DNA of 64,000 nt. Origin: Bilabrum cf. latius. Its lineage: Eukaryota. The stretch covers positions 1 to 64,000 of the forward strand of contig OZ237748.1 of NCBI GenBank assembly GCA_965178125.1. The letters run 5' to 3'. Under the pieces are notes generated by a model, which did no database searches, was not told the DNA's origin, and saw only the letters and a program-made list of their open reading frames with translations. A program made the translations under genes and the position numbers. Shown here piece after piece: positions 23,030 through 37,804 of the stretch (the stretch's first letter is position 1; each line of letters starts with the position of its first letter).

Positions 23030-24590
23030 GCTTCCTTGGACGGTGCGCAACTCCGCCATCTACGGAACACGCTTCTTTTGCGGTGCCTGGTCCTGGCCTG
23101 CGATCCCTAGATCTAGATCTTACCATAGCCCCCATGGACGATGTACAACGCTACAATTCCTCTTCCCGCCGTAGGACAAGGTGTTGCCGCGTTCTCCTTG
23201 CTAGCAGAGCCATCCTCACCACACCGATGCCTATCATCTCATTTGACATCAACATTTGTAGGGCGGGCTCAAATAGTTTGTGATTTAGCTCAAGGGTATG
23301 TGGGCCTCTTAGTCAGCAGGGTGCCACGCGATTTCCACCCACTCATCCATCCCCCCCCCCGTCCTTCCATCCGACCCCCCCCCACCACACTGCCCGTGGG
23401 GCCCCGGGGTCACATGGTGGTGAGCAGTGTCCTGACTCCTGAGCGCACGTGCCACTTATTAAATCCCCCTCAGGATTGGTCTGCAGCACAAGACTGAGTG
23501 TGTTTAAGCCTTTACATTTCAAATGGAGCACCATTCTGGTGTGCAATGCGTGCTGTTGATCCTGTTCGTATGCCACGTATCGTTGTCGATGGCACAGTGA
23601 GAAGACTCCTTGACTTTGCTTGTAACGCATTCTCTCTAGTATTGGTACCTGACACACGCACGCAAATATCCGTCTTTGACCCTATATTTTTATTTTTCAA
23701 CTTTCAATTCTTGGCAGGTGCGACTCTGGTGTGAGCCATCGAATCAGGGCTTCACAGAAGTTCACACCCACTGGCACTCAGGGCTGCCAGTTGCAGCGAG
23801 CGTGTCCACGACATCCCTACGACATCCCTATGCGACTTCAGTGCTCACTTTCAGTACACATGCTTCAAATTATTGCAGTGGTCGTATAGTACAACGTCAC
23901 CTCTGGGAAATTTCTGCTACTATCGTGAAGGCAGAAGGGGTTGTAAGTAGACTGCTGTTTTCTGAGTTGTCATTATGTTCCACCAGTTCATCCGCATCTC
24001 TGATAAAGGGCACCTAAATTCATCGTTTTGACTTTGCAGCTGTTGCCTCCTCAAGGTCCTGGTGTAACGTGAGCGATCTGGTCTATCTACTGCATGTTGT
24101 ATTTCTGGCGGGATTTGGACATAAGTCAGCCTGATAGGCTTACATATCACGATTCGTATGTATTAGTTTCGATCCAATTGGATCAAGTCGTCTCAATTGG
24201 ACTTTCGGCAGCTATATAGTATCATGTGTGTGCGTGCTGGCAGTGTATTTGCGCAGTCTCGGAGTTCAAAGCTGGCTTCAATTCACGGGAGTTCGGAGAA
24301 CAACGTAAGAATTAAAATCATGCGATTCGAATCAGCTTCTGACACGTATTTACTTTGAGCTGTTGGTGCCCCATACCGTAGTGGGAGACGTAAAGCCATG
24401 TTTCAGGATCCAAACTTCTAAGTTCCTTTCGGATCGCAGTTTGTTTCCAGATTGTGTCGAAGTGGCTGGTAAGTTTTTTCTTTGAAAACATGCGATATGT
24501 TTATGGTTCGACTGAGGTGTTTCGCCTTCAGCGGAACTGGCAGTCAAGATCTGAGCTAGCACCTCTACAGATCTAGCCCTTACTTTGCAG

Positions 24591-27500
24591 GTGCCATATC
24601 GGAAGGAGGAATAGTTTTACAACGTGGGAAGATGGAACCCGCGTTTCTTGGGAGAGCCCTCCTAGATTCTGGTTGCGAACGTGAGCTATGGGGTGCCATC
24701 AGCGGGCCAATCTTGGCAGCTGCAGCGGGCTCGTTACCTGCGTGACACCCTTACACTTTATCTATTTACAGCTTCCATACAAGAATTCAAGCGCAGAGAT
24801 TACTACGATACCGTGATTCGGGGTAGCTCTAGGAATGGAAACGGCGACTGGCACGGGATCTGGAACAGCTACTCGTCGCTCGGTATCTGCAAGAAATTGT
24901 TATCATGCCGCACCGGCACGTATCTACCCTCAACATCATCGTATTCTTGTAGCGACTGCCCCGCTGGAAGGTACCAGGACTCGCAAGGTTCAACCTCATG
25001 CAAGCTCTGCCCCGCCGGGCGCTACGGAAGCTCGACTCGCCGCACGTCTAGCAGCTGCAACGGCCCTGCCGATCGCGGGTACTACACGACAGCCGGGTCA
25101 AGGAGCCGAACACAGTTCTCCTGTCCCGCCGGGTACTACTCCCTGCGCTCGGGCGAGTCCCAGCCAACGTGCTCGGGCCAGTGTGCAGAGGGATGCTACT
25201 GCCCAGCTAATTCCGAGTCATCCTGTCCTCAGCAGTGCAGCGCCGGTCGGTTCGGTGGGCGTGGCTCCACAAACAGTAACTGCGATGCCGTGTGTCCCGC
25301 GGGCTACTACTGTCCCAAGGGAACAACATCTACCAGCGGATCACGCCCCCCTCGAGCATGCGGAAGCTCCGTGTACTACTGCCCGCAAGGATCAAGTGCT
25401 CGGAAGACCGTGTCATCGGGCCACTACACGGTTGGTGGATCTGGATCCACGACGCGGACGAGCCAGCTAAGGTGCGGCAAGGGGAGCTACTGCTCATCGG
25501 GCTTGCAGCGAGAGTGTCCTGCAGGCAGATTTGGCAGCGCGACCGGCATGACTTCCAGCAGCTGTTCCGGCCAGTGCGCGGCTGGATACTTCTGCCCCGA
25601 GGGCTCCACCAGCAGCCAAGCCAACAACTGCGGTGATGTGTCAAAGTACTGCTCTGCAGGCTCTGAGTCTCCTAGCAATGTCAGCCCTGGCCACTACACT
25701 ACTCCAGAGGACGCACCCGAGGAGCGACGCACCGGTCAGAGCGAGTGCCCGGATCGTGACACATGCACCGGTGGCAGGCGCAAGCCCAAGGTGCAGTGGC
25801 GCTCTGGCTGTACCACCTCTGATGTGACCAACACAGGCGTTGCCACGGTGGCGGAGGGCAAGGATGGCGGGGACATCGTGGGGACCATTGCGTTCGCCAC
25901 CAGCAACGTGGGAAACAATATCGAGCACTCGATCACGGCCCAGTCGGTGGTATCCTCAAGCGTCTCCTCGTGCACCGAGACAGCCCCCTTTGAGATCGAC
26001 AGCAGCACGGGCTCGGTGTCACTCAAGTCAAGCGCCAAGGCTCTGGACTTCGAGACGTGCGGGGGATACTCGGTGACTGTGCGAGCGAGAGACGACGTGG
26101 AGAATGTGGCGACCACGTGCGTGGTAGCGCTGACTGTCAGGGATGTGAACGATCCACCCACCATCGAGCAGAACCCGGTGCGGGTTGTGGAGGAGGACTC
26201 ACCCGTACAGACCTTGGTGGGTTCTCGCATTCTAGGATCTGATGCTGATGCCGGTCAAGAGCTGGAGTGGGAGATCACGAGCGGGAACTCGCAGGGCTTC
26301 TTCAAGATCTCGAGGTGCTCTGGGCAGGTCTCGGTGATCAAGGAGGGCCTGGATTTCGAGACCACCAGCTCGTACGTGCTCGGCATCAGAGTCACGGATG
26401 ATGGCATCAAGGCGGATGGTACTCCGGATCGCAAGTCTGCCACCACGAGCCTGACCATCAGGATCGTCAACCGGAACGAGCCTCCCAAGTGGGAGCGCAC
26501 CGACTACTCGTTCGAAGTGCCCGAGGCATGCACGGACGGGGCTGGCATGACCTCTGCGGACCGACGCGTGCGCGCTGTGGACGATGACGCCGGGCAGGAT
26601 GTCGAGTACAGTATCTCGAGGAACGACAGAGGCGCCTTTAGGATCGACGAGACCACTGGAGTGCTGACGGTGAAGGATTGCTCCCAGCTCGACTACGAGG
26701 TGGCGGGCGACAGGGAGTTCTCCATTGACCTGCGGGCCAGCGATGGCGAAGAGAACATCGATCTTACTGTAACCATCGATGTGCTAAATGCCAACGAGGC
26801 CCCGGTAGTTGACGAGTCCTCGCTGGCTGGTCGCACCGTGGCGGAGGGAGCAGCGGCCGGCACCTCGATCGGCACTCTCACCGCTTCCGACCCCGACACA
26901 CCAACCACCATCAAGTGGTATCTGCGCGGCAGCAATGCATACCTATTTGACATTGTCGAGTCCAGCGGGGCCGTGACTCTCTCCCAGCGCGGGCACGAGG
27001 ACATCGACTTCGAGCAGGCCGCCCAGGTGCAGGTGCAGGTGGAGGCCAGGGACTCTGGGCTGGACAACACCGGGGTGGACACCAAGTTTGGCACTGCCAC
27101 TCTTAATGTCTCTGTTACGAGCACCAACGAGCCGCCTGTCATGGCAGACGTGGGTGACATCCGCATCAAGGAGAACGCAACTACGGGCTCTCTCTTCGGG
27201 CCGGTGCTGACTTACAGCGACCCTGACAACGAGGGCCGATTCGCAACTGCGACCAACAAGCCGCAGTCTCACCTGATCACCGTGGACTCGATCTTTGAGG
27301 GTAACTTTATGCTCGCAGATGACCCTTTCTCCTTCGATATGGTCACGAGCAGGCTGAGGTTAGGCCGCGCGCTGGACTTCGAGGCGCAAGGGGGCACACG
27401 ATACAAGATTCGACTCAAGGTCACGGACTCGGAGGGCATGTCTGCATTCGCGAATGTGACAATCAACGTGGAAAATACCAATGAGAAACCAGAGGTTGAA

Positions 27501-30500
27501 CTTAACCAAATACGCCAGCTGGCCGAGAACTCGGGGCATTCCATCACTCTGGGAGGTGGTCTGAGGGCAACTGACCCAGACGGAGCTGCAGATCGCATTG
27601 AGTGGTTCATCGACGACTCGGTTGATGACACGTTGCCAAGCCACTTCTCGATCGGGCGAGCTGATGGCATCCTCAGCATCTGCAACCCCAGCCAGACCGG
27701 CTGCGACGCTCCAGCAGCGGGATACGATCACGAGGGCGATCTCAACGAGCTTAAGGTGGCGGTGCAGGCCAGGGATCAGGCAGGCATGAGGAGCGATCCA
27801 GTCACTGTCACCGTGCAGATCACCGATCTAAACGAGGATCCGTAGCTTGATGATGTCACTGTGTCACTGCCCGACTCATCTTTGGCTGGATACAGGCTGC
27901 AGCCCAGTCTAGCCGGCAAAGATCCTGACCAGCGGATACGTGCAAGTGATGGGTAGTACTTTGTGCACGCCGACTCTCTCAACTATACAATCGTAGCAGG
28001 CACAGGAGCACCAGCCTGGATTGAGCTGGACCGCAATGGCTCGCTTCACCTCGTGGCGGACGGGCCGACCTACACTCCCGGAGGCTCGAATTCGGTCTCG
28101 TTCGATGTCCAGGCCACTGACCCCGAGGATGCATCGGGCACGGGCCGGGTCACTATTGCGGTGGTGGACCGAAACTTCCCACCCGATGCCACCAGTCCCT
28201 CTGTCTCAGTCAGTGAGAGCCTCGAAGCAGGCCAGGTGGTGCTGGACGGTTCGACGGGCTCGTAGCAGCCCCTCGCCACCGACCAGGACACCGGTGACAC
28301 ATTGACATACGCGATCACCAGGATCGTGCCGGAGTCAGCGGCACTCCTGTTCTCCATGTCGCAGACAGGGGTGCTCACGCTGCTCCCACCAGGGCTGGAC
28401 TTTGAGGCTGAGCCTGCGTTCACAGTCGAGTACAACGTGCAAGACGATGGAAATGGTAGGCTGCAGACGGCTGGCTCCATTACCATCAACGTCTAGAACG
28501 AACTGGAGCCTCCCACCGTGATTGGCTTCGACATCAACCAGGACGAGAACCAGCCCCAGGGCGCGGTTATGGGCACTGTATCGGTATTTGACGAGGACGT
28601 GGGCACCAGCATCACCATCACCGTGCTGGAGGCAGACGGGGCCACTGTGAGCAGCTGCTTCTCCTCAACCGCGCCGCAGAGTGTGACATCGCAGGGGAAC
28701 GGGCCTGCCAGCCAGTTTGAGGCAGACGTGACTCTGGCAGATGCATCTTGTCTCAACTATGAGGAGGTCACAGACGGCCGCATCGAGCTGGTGATCGCAG
28801 TGGAGGATAACAACGGCTTGAAGACCAACTCCACCGCAACCATCCGGGTGAATGACGTGAACGAGATTCCTGCCACGCAAGATGGCTCTGCTGACATCAG
28901 CGAGGGCATCCAGCCGGGCACTGGCATTGCTTGGGTCCCTTGCAGCGACCCCGACACCGAGGACATTCTGGCATTTGCAATAACAGGCGGGGATCCTGAC
29001 GGGCACTTCGCTGTATCGGCCGACACTCGAGACATCAGTGGAGCACAGACGCAGGGCTTCGAGGTGGTTGTGGCCAAGCCACTCGACTACGAGTCGCAGG
29101 CTAGCTTCGACCTGGTGGTAGAGGTGTCGGACGGGCTGATGCAGGTGTAGTCCACTGTTGCTGTGACCATCCGGGACGCCAACGACATCATCATCACTTC
29201 GGTGGACTGGGCCCCCTTTCCAACGACAGGGGGAGCCAAGGTGCGCTTCCAAGGTGAGGGGATGGGCGCGGTTTGGAGGGGCGGGGCCAGCCCTAACGTC
29301 GCGTCTGCGTACTACGGCACTTCCTCAGCTGCTGGCGTGCGACCGTATCACGGTTACAACGTGTCGGAGAGCGAATGCACGATCCTGACAGCCCCTACCT
29401 TGCTTGAGTGCGAGGTGCAGCCGGGGTACGGCGAGGCGCTGGAGTGGACCATCACAGTGAACGGCTTCTCGCAGACTGCCAGCGGGATCTACACGAGGTA
29501 TCAGCGCCCCACGGTATCATCGCTAGCGCGAGCCTCTGACATGGACACCTTCGGCGGAAGCAACATCCAGCTAACTGGAACCAACTTTGGCCCCATCGGA
29601 ACCCCAGTGCGAGTCACGTACCAGCCTTCAGACCCGTTTGCAGGCTCCTCGGACCCTCAGGTGGCTCTGTCTATGGAGGCGGCAAGCTGCCTGGTGGGGC
29701 CCGCACACACTGGGATCGTTTGTCTGTCGGCTCCGGGTGTGGGATTCAACCTGGACTTCACTGTGTTTGTGGGTCGCATCTCAATGAACCAGCCATTCCG
29801 GTCGCAGCAGGACTCGGCCTCGCTCTCGTACGAGTACGAAGGACCGCAGGTGGAGCAGGTGGTGGTCCTGCCTGCCGTAGAGGTGCAGAGCGCCAGGAAG
29901 AACGCCACAGAGGCAGGCGAGAACCCGATGATGGCAGTGGAGCAGCTGGCGATGGACGCGGACACCTCAATAGCGAATACCTTCCTATCCACGCATGGGG
30001 GTGACATGGTTTACATCAAGGGGCGCTTCCTGGGACCAGGCCCACAGGCGCTGCCTGGGGCAGGTGTGCGTGCCTGCTATGGGCCTGATGGTGACAGCGA
30101 GCGCTACTGCACGCTGTGTGACAGCTTGCCATCTAATCCGCACAGGGGAGTGCTGTGCCAGGCGCAGCCAGGGGTGGGCAAGGATCACAAGTGGTCCGTC
30201 ATGGTGGGCGGGCAGGACTCGGGAGTGACCTCGGATGACACCACGTCATACCGCGCGCCAGAGGTGCGGGTGACCGTGGGCCAGGGAACGGCGGATGCCA
30301 AGACGGACGGCTGCGAGATCGTCATCCTGGAGGGAGACCAGTTCGGGCCGAGGACAGTGCTGCCGGAAGGCGTGCAGGAGGTGTGCGGGTCTGCACTGGC
30401 CGATGTGCCTCGCGTGCTGGCAGCGGACCAGCCCATGGGCTTCCTACCCATGCCCGTGCCCAAGGTGACCTACTGGTCTAAGTGGGCTGCAGAGGCTGAC

Positions 30501-33500
30501 CCGACAGGGTACACGATCTTTGAGGCAACTGACTGCTTCGTGTCCTCTGCCAGCACCAGGATCACATGCAGAACAGCGCCTGGCATCGGAGATGAGCTTG
30601 TGTGGAAGGTGGAGATCGACGGGCAAGCGAGCACAGTGCTCGAGGCAATGACCAACTACCACCCGCCGGTGATCACGAGCTATGCAGGACCAGGCTCATC
30701 GCTCGCACATACGGAGGGCGACTAGCTGGTCATCATCGAGGGCAGGCACTTCGGGCCCTTGGGATCTACTGTGGCGCAGGCAGTGTACACGAAACGCGAG
30801 GTGGACGAGGAGTACCTGCAGGAACTGGGCGTCTCTCGGAGGGCACTGCTGCTGGATGCCGCGCATAAGGCGAGGAAGGAGGGCCGCAGGCAGCTGAGCG
30901 AGGACGACCTGCCCCCTCTGTTCCACGCAGCGGACTGCGATGTGGTGCTGGCCCACAGGCGGGTGGAGTGCAAGACCGTGGAGGGTGCAGGGGCAGATCT
31001 GCGGTGGTACCTGCTGATCGGCAACCAGATCTCTGAGACCCCCAGCACTGACTACGCGCCCCCCAAGATTGTTGCGATCACCGGGTCGGGGGCTGTGGAT
31101 GCCTCTACGGAGGGTGGGGACCGCGTGCTGCTGCGGGGTACCAACTTTGGGCCCAAGACAGATTTGCTGGACTCCGTCACGTACGGAACCACTGGCTACG
31201 AGAGCGTGGCCACTGGTTGTGAGGTGCTCAACCACACTGCTATCGAGTGCAGGACCGAGCCGGGGGTCGGCCGCAGTCAGGTGTGGATTGTATCGGTAGA
31301 AGGCCAGTCTTCAAAGGTAGAAGACAGCCCGGTGACGTCGTACGCAGCTCCTGTTGTGACGGAAGTGGAGCTTCCGCCGCAGGGAGCCTCCACTGGAGGA
31401 GGGGGGAGCGTATCAGTGGCAGTTTCGAATCCTGGATTCGCTGCCCGCGCCAACGCAACGCTGTACGTGAATAACCGCGGATCTGCGGCCCCAGCCAGCA
31501 TTGACTAGAGCTGGCGAGACATGATGCGCGGGAGGGCACTGCCCCAGTCCGCCCAGGAGTGGCTCAGGCAGCTTGCCGAGGTGCCTGTCACCAACGGTGG
31601 GGGCGAGCTGCGCGGGGACGGAGTGACGGCTCTGTTCGAGTTCGACCTGCCTCCGGGGTATGGCGAGGACAGGGAGGTGATCGTGAGGCTGCAGTCCGCG
31701 GACGGCTCTGGAGTGCCGGTGTATTCCCCGCTACAGGGGTTGCTGACGTACGATCCGCCCGCCATCACCCGCACCTCACCCGACCGCAACTCCACGATGG
31801 GCAACGCGTGGCTCAGGGTGTTCGTGCAGGGGGTCAACTTCTGCGACGGACGCGAGGGATGCGGGCAGCTGCTGGTGGATGGACAGGCCGTGGGCTTCAG
31901 CGCAGACTTGGAGGCACAGGGGGACATGCTCGCCCCTAGGATCATGCGGTGGACGGACGAAGAGATCGAATTTGAGATCGTAGACCCTACTGGGGCAGCA
32001 GACGTGCAGGTGCAGGTGCGTGTGGACCACCGAGTCTCCAACACAGCTACGTTCAACCGGCCCGTGCCCTTCTTTGACGCCCTGCAGGGACAGCCCGACT
32101 GGCCCGCGCTGGACCCCGCTGGAGGAGAGGACTTCTACCTGGCCAAGGTGCAGGGGCTCGAGGGAACAAACCCAGACAGGGTGTCGCTGCTCATCGGTGG
32201 GCAGGAGTGTCTGGAGCTCGAGGTCATCACGCCTGACCCAGACAGCCCCGATGCATCGTGCTCAGTCAACTTCGCTGGGCCCTGTGAGAAGCGGCTCAAG
32301 TGCAAGACGCCCCCTGGAGTGGGCAGCCACAACGAGGTCATCATCAACGTGGGCAGCAATGGAGCCGTCGAGGCGGCCTCGCGGGGCAACTGGATGGTCC
32401 TGGCCTACCGTGCGCCGGTGATTGCTGCGGCCTACGCAGACTTGCCCCCTCTGGATGCTAGCCCCGAGGCCACCACCGACATGGCCTACTTCCCCGTGAA
32501 CATCGCTATGGATGGCGGAGCCGAGGCAATGGATTTGGAATCCGATCGTGCGGGCATCCCAACTACTGGAGGTGTGCTAGAGCTGCGTGGATCCGGGTTT
32601 GGCACCGCTCAGTATGGGCTCGTGCAGGCCTCGCTACCCGACCTAGGCATCGAGCTGCCGCCAGCGGGGCTACGACAGGCGGATGGCGTGCTAAGGCTGA
32701 CAATCCCAGCTGGCGTGGGGCTAGGGCACCGGGTGCAGGTCCAGGTGGGGTCCTCCTACACAGACATGCAACAGGCAAACGACATTGCAATCAGGTATGC
32801 TCGGCCTAGGATCAGGAGTGCTGCCCCGCAGCCAGTTGGGACCGCAGGCGGAGAGGTGCTTGTGCTGTCTGGGAGAGACTTTGGTTCGTCGGTTGACAGC
32901 AATAGTGTCACCAACGTGACAGTGGGCGATCGGCCATGCGAACTGCTGCCCGCAGATTAGTCTGCCACTGCTGCCGCCATCAGCCAGCAACTTCAGTGCG
33001 TCGCACCTGTGCACAGCGGAAGAGACCTACCAGTATTGGTCACTGTGGCGGGCCTGTCCAGTGATTCCAACGAGAGGGGCGTGGTGCCTGCGGGTGTTAC
33101 TGTGTCCTATCGACCCCCCGTGCTGTAGGCTGCTGGTCCGCTGAGCGGCCCCACCTCGGGCCGCACTCCGGATGGGGACCCGTACGTGATGACCCTACAC
33201 GGCGAGGATTTCGGAAATGGGGAGCAGGGTGCAGTGCTGCTGCGACCGGCGGAGCTGCGGGCTACGGCCGGCTCGCTGACACAGGATGAGATGGACTCGC
33301 TGCTGGCCCGGCAGGTGACCGTCTCTCACGACAGCCCCCTGGTGCAATCTTGGAACCACAGCACGATCGTGATTCACATGCCCGAAGGTGGGGGCAGGGA
33401 CCTTGATGTAGTAGTGGAAGTGTCGAGGCAGGAGAGCGCCATCGTGGACGGGCTCCAGTTTACGTTCGACCCACCGATCGTGTTTGGCTGGCGCAGGGCA

Positions 33501-36500
33501 GTGGACCGCAGCCCCGAGGAGTGCATGCCCAGAGAGAGGTGCAAGACATTCGAGGGACAGCAGTACTGCAGGACCATCGCGGCGGGATGCTATCCCACTG
33601 CCGGTGGCTTCTTCATCGAGATCGATGGGGAGTCCTTCGGGCGATCGGGTGCGGATGTGCAGCTGGGCCCATACCAGTGTGAGCCGGTGGATCCGTTCGT
33701 GGACCCATTGAATGCTCAATCGCACAACAGGATCGTGTGTGAGGTCCCTCAGGGCTTCGGTGACGATCTGCCGCTGGTGGTGACGGTCGATGGACGGCGC
33801 AGCGACGACACGGAGGCTGTGACCCTTGCAGTGACAAGGCTGGACGAGCTTGTCCGCGACAAGCTGGCCCGCATTGCTGCTGATGAAGCCGAGCGGGAGA
33901 GGCTATAGCAGGAGGCGAGGGATGCACTCGCAACCGGTGCTTCGAGGGGTCTGGCAGGGCTAGACTCTGTGGAAGACCTGTTCGCAATGGGCTAGGTAAA
34001 GCCCAGCGCGCAGCTTGCCCTGGCCCGCGGGCTGCAGGGGTCTGCCTCGCAGGCTCGTCGCTTGGAAGTTGCCGGCTTGCCGCTGACCGTGGAGGAGGCC
34101 TTCGAGGCGGCGTACACCTTCCAGTTCGACCCGCCGTTCGTGGATGCTATCGTGTCTAACACGCCAGATGCACGCGGGGAGGACCTGGCCATCCGAGGGC
34201 TCAATTTTGGCTGGGAGAACAACCCAGTGGAGGTGTTCATCGGAGGGCAGGAGTGCCTCGAGGCCCAGTGGCAGAACGATGGCCTCATTCGATGCACCAA
34301 GCAACAGGACATAGTGGGACCTAAGAACGTGAGCGTGCTGGCTGCCAACCGAACCGAGCCATTTGTGTTCGAGGCGTGGGAGGAGCTGCTGGTGAGCGAG
34401 TGCCAGAGGGGCGTGTACGAGGGCATCAGGGGGGAGCTGTGCCTCCACTGCGAGGACGAGCACCCGGGCGCCAACTGCACCAACTCGCACATCCAAACGC
34501 ATGATCCGATCACGTCTCTACCCGGCTGGTGGCGCTTCAACCGCAGCCTGGATGACGCCGAGTGCCATCCGTTGAGGGTTTCTCCTGTGCGTGCCATCAA
34601 CGCCACGCTGGAGACTGGTGGGTGCCCCGTCTACAAGCCATGTGAGCCTGTGGAGGCGTGCTTGGGCGAGAACCTGTGCGCCATCGGGTATGAAGGGCCC
34701 AGGTGCTCGCAGTGCCTCGAGGGCAAGTATCATAGGGTCAATGGCGAGTGCGTTAAGTGCCCAGACAGGCCATGGCTCCAGTACGTGCTCATTGGCGTGG
34801 GCGCCATGTTCGCGGCTGGGTTCGGGTACATGCTCCGTTCCAAGGGCATCATCGATGTTAGCATCCTGGCAATCGTGGGCATTGACTATCTGCAGGTTCT
34901 GGCCATCTTTGCCTCCACGAGGGTCGAGTGGCCCAGCCTGCTGGAGGATGTGCTGGCCATCATGTCTGCCTTTAACCTGAACATCAACGTGCTCTTCGTG
35001 CCCGAGTGCATCGCACCTGGTATCGGGTTCGAGATTAAGTTTCTGGCCACTCTGGCCATGCCAGTGCTCGTGAGTGTGGTGTTCCTGGCGGTGGTGCTGG
35101 TGCGATACATGTACAAGCTGGCGTGCACGAACTACAAGGCTAAGCCCAAGGGATACCTGTGCTCCGATGCCAACGCAACCATCAGCGCCTTCATCGTACT
35201 GGCGCGGTTCGCCTACCTCTTCGTGACCATGATGGCGCTCACACCGGCCGCCTGCCTGCAGACCACGCCCCCGGATGGCAGGACGTACATGGACGGCATG
35301 ACGGACTACCCCTGCTGGGAGGCTGGCAGTCTGCAGGTAAAGCTCTTCCCTGTCGGCCTCGTTGCTTTCGGTATCTTCAGCATCGGCCTGCCCGTGTGGT
35401 GCTTCCTCTTCCTGAGGAAAAACGCAGCCCAGGTGAAGCAGGACCAGATCCTGCGAGCTGCATGCATCGGGAACGACCCGCAGACCAACAACAACATCGG
35501 ATTCCGCGAGAGGTTCTACCAGCTGTACTTCATGATGAAGCCGGGCAAGATCACGTGGCAGCTGGTCATCACCGCCCGCAAGTTCTTCATCGCCTTTGTG
35601 TCGCTCGTGGTGCGCACTTCGCCCTCGTACTAGCTGGCCCTGGTGCTGCTCGTGCTCTTCGCGGCCTACGTGCTGCACCTCAACCACTAGCCCTACATGA
35701 CCAGGGCCAACAAGCCCGATATCGTCAAGGAGCACCTGGCCAAGGTGCGTGGCGGAGACAAGGCTCACGTGAGCATCCAGCGCGAGATCGACCTCATCAC
35801 AGAACGCAAGGAGAAGAACAAGGTCGGTAAGCGAACCTCGGGCACCGGGTACATGGTGGCCCGCGAGCAAGAGATGCGGGAGCGCTCAGCGAACGAGTTT
35901 ATCGCCAGCAACTAGATCCTGACCACCATCGTGGACTACAACACGGTGGAGGCGGTGCTGCTGGGGTGCGGCGTGCTCGTGTGCTTGAGCGGGCTCATCT
36001 TCGCCTCGGAGAGGTTCTCGTCCTCGCAGCTGAGGGAGGTGTATAGGGCCGAGTACGACTCTCTGGCCTATGCCGTGCTCCTGATCATCTTCCTGTCGCT
36101 GACCTACTTCATGACCTGCGTGGTACTGGACCTCATGATCTCGCTGGCTCCCGATGCCACCAGGCGGTGCCTGAGCGTTTGCATCTCGGACAAGAAGAAG
36201 GCCATCGCCACCGCTAAGGCGAGCAAGATCCGCGCAGGGGATGGATCAGACCCTGAGAGCGGATTGTCGGACGCCGACAAGCTGCTACAGGCCAACAGGA
36301 AAGCATCCGACCGCAAGAACACCGCCAACCCGTTGCTTGTGACGGGTGGTGTGGTAGAGGGCGAGAGCAAGGCGCAAGCAGCTGCCAGGGCCGCCCGCTC
36401 CCTTGGCCAGGGGGCCATCCAGGACCTGCTGCAGGCCGTGCAGCCCCCAAGCAAGGAGGGTTGGCCGGCTGTGCGCGCGTACATGCAGAGCCTGATCGTG

Positions 36501-36893
36501 GCCAACGAGGAGATGAACAAGGAGGCTGAGGAGCGCAACACGGCCATGGCTCGAGAGGCGGCCATGAGCATGGGCGCGGCTGGTTCCAGCATGGGCCAGT
36601 AGGAGGCCCTGGCGTCTTTGAGGAACTTCCGGTCTTCACGCAAAATGCCAGTGGGGTCTTCGGGCAAAGGACAAGGGGCGCAGCGCAAGACCTTTGGCGC
36701 CCTCAGGTCGTCGGGTCTGTCCGCCAGTGGCAGTGGGGGCTCTCGCCGCAAGTCTGTCGCCAAGCTGGCAGAAGTGAAGACCATGGGCAAGAGCGCCAGT
36801 CGAAACAAACTCAAGCTCGCCCCACTGAGCGCCAGTGCCGCTGCTCCTGTCCAAGCCCCGGTGGAGGACAACTCGGGTTCTGATAGCAACTGA
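24591..36893 (+). CDS. ~4100-aa cell-surface protein: Cys-rich (GCC2/GCC3, ephrin-receptor-like) repeats + cadherin repeats + IPT/TIG repeats + multi-pass TM region; N-terminal exon(s) upstream unresolved
   Basis: Twelve ORF-track pieces (24681 to 36618) share one frame, with 17 TAG from 24591 and a TGA end. Motifs: CPAGYYCP repeats; LDFE/LDYE, DxD and DxNExP cadherin motifs; GxNFG/PGVG IPT motifs; DYLQVL and several hydrophobic helices. A likely intron acceptor TTTGCAG ends at 24590. Confidence 0.9.
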
Positions 36894-37412
36894 ACCATCC
36901 GGGCTGTCGCGAGCGGGGAGTCAAGGGCATCGGTGGCAGGAAAACCACCATTTCTATATTTTCTTGATTCTGCTGGAGTGCGATATGCCACAGCAGACGC
37001 CCACTAGTCGGAACTTTGTCTGACCGGGGGTAATTGCACGAGCTGGCGCGGCTCAGTCGCAGGATGGAAGCACCAGTCTGGATTCGACGGTTCGAACCAA
37101 CTGCAGTGCACATCTCTGCACAACCTGCGCTGCTCGTGAGTGCTATGCTATGCTTAACTGCTGTCTAAATTCTTCCACCTCGAATCAATGCGGCCTGCGG
37201 GGCCTGCCCCGCGGACTCCAGTCAGAGAGAAGAAAGACGTCATTCTCAATCCGATAATCATCACATCCTTCGAGGTCTCGCACCAGACCCTCGTCGAACG
37301 CTTAAGCTCGGTGGCACTAACCTAGACTTCACTCTGGATGATCCAAAAGCACCTATGCTCCGAAGCACACCCACCCTGCGGTGCTCTCGATCCTCAACAC
37401 GATCAAGGAGGG

Positions 37413-37790
37413 CATGATCATGAAGGCTGTGGAGGCGGTCTTGGCGGCGGAAGAGGGCCGGAAGAGGGCCGCCAACGCCAGCGTCATGGCTGCTGCGAGG
37501 ACAGATCCAAGCGCCCCCTGTCATCCCCCGGCGCACCTGCCCCCAGGTTTGCTGCCAGCCCGGTGATGGCCACGAGCAGGATGGACGCCGCTACTCCAGC
37601 CTGCAGCAGATCAAGCCGGAACCTCGTCCACTGGTCATCCAGCACCTTGAGCAGCAGGTCCAAGCAAGCCCACCGCCGAAGATCAGCCACTGCCCTGTCC
37701 ACGTCAGCGTTGTCCTGTCTTGAATTGGCCCCGTGAGATGGGGAGAGGCATCCGATGAGGACGATGAAACAGAGGAGGAGGAGTTAAGGA
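37413..37790 (-). pseudogene. Rearranged duplicate of two non-adjacent pieces of the ABCG gene
   Basis: 37413-37456 matches ~42149-42192 (TGATCATGAAGGCTGTGGAGGCGGTCTTGGCGGCGGAAGAGGG). ~37500-37790 matches ~43545-43830 (VADLRRWACLDLLLKVLDDQW). Confidence 0.8.
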
Positions 37791-37804
37791 GGCCGAAGCT
37801 GCAC

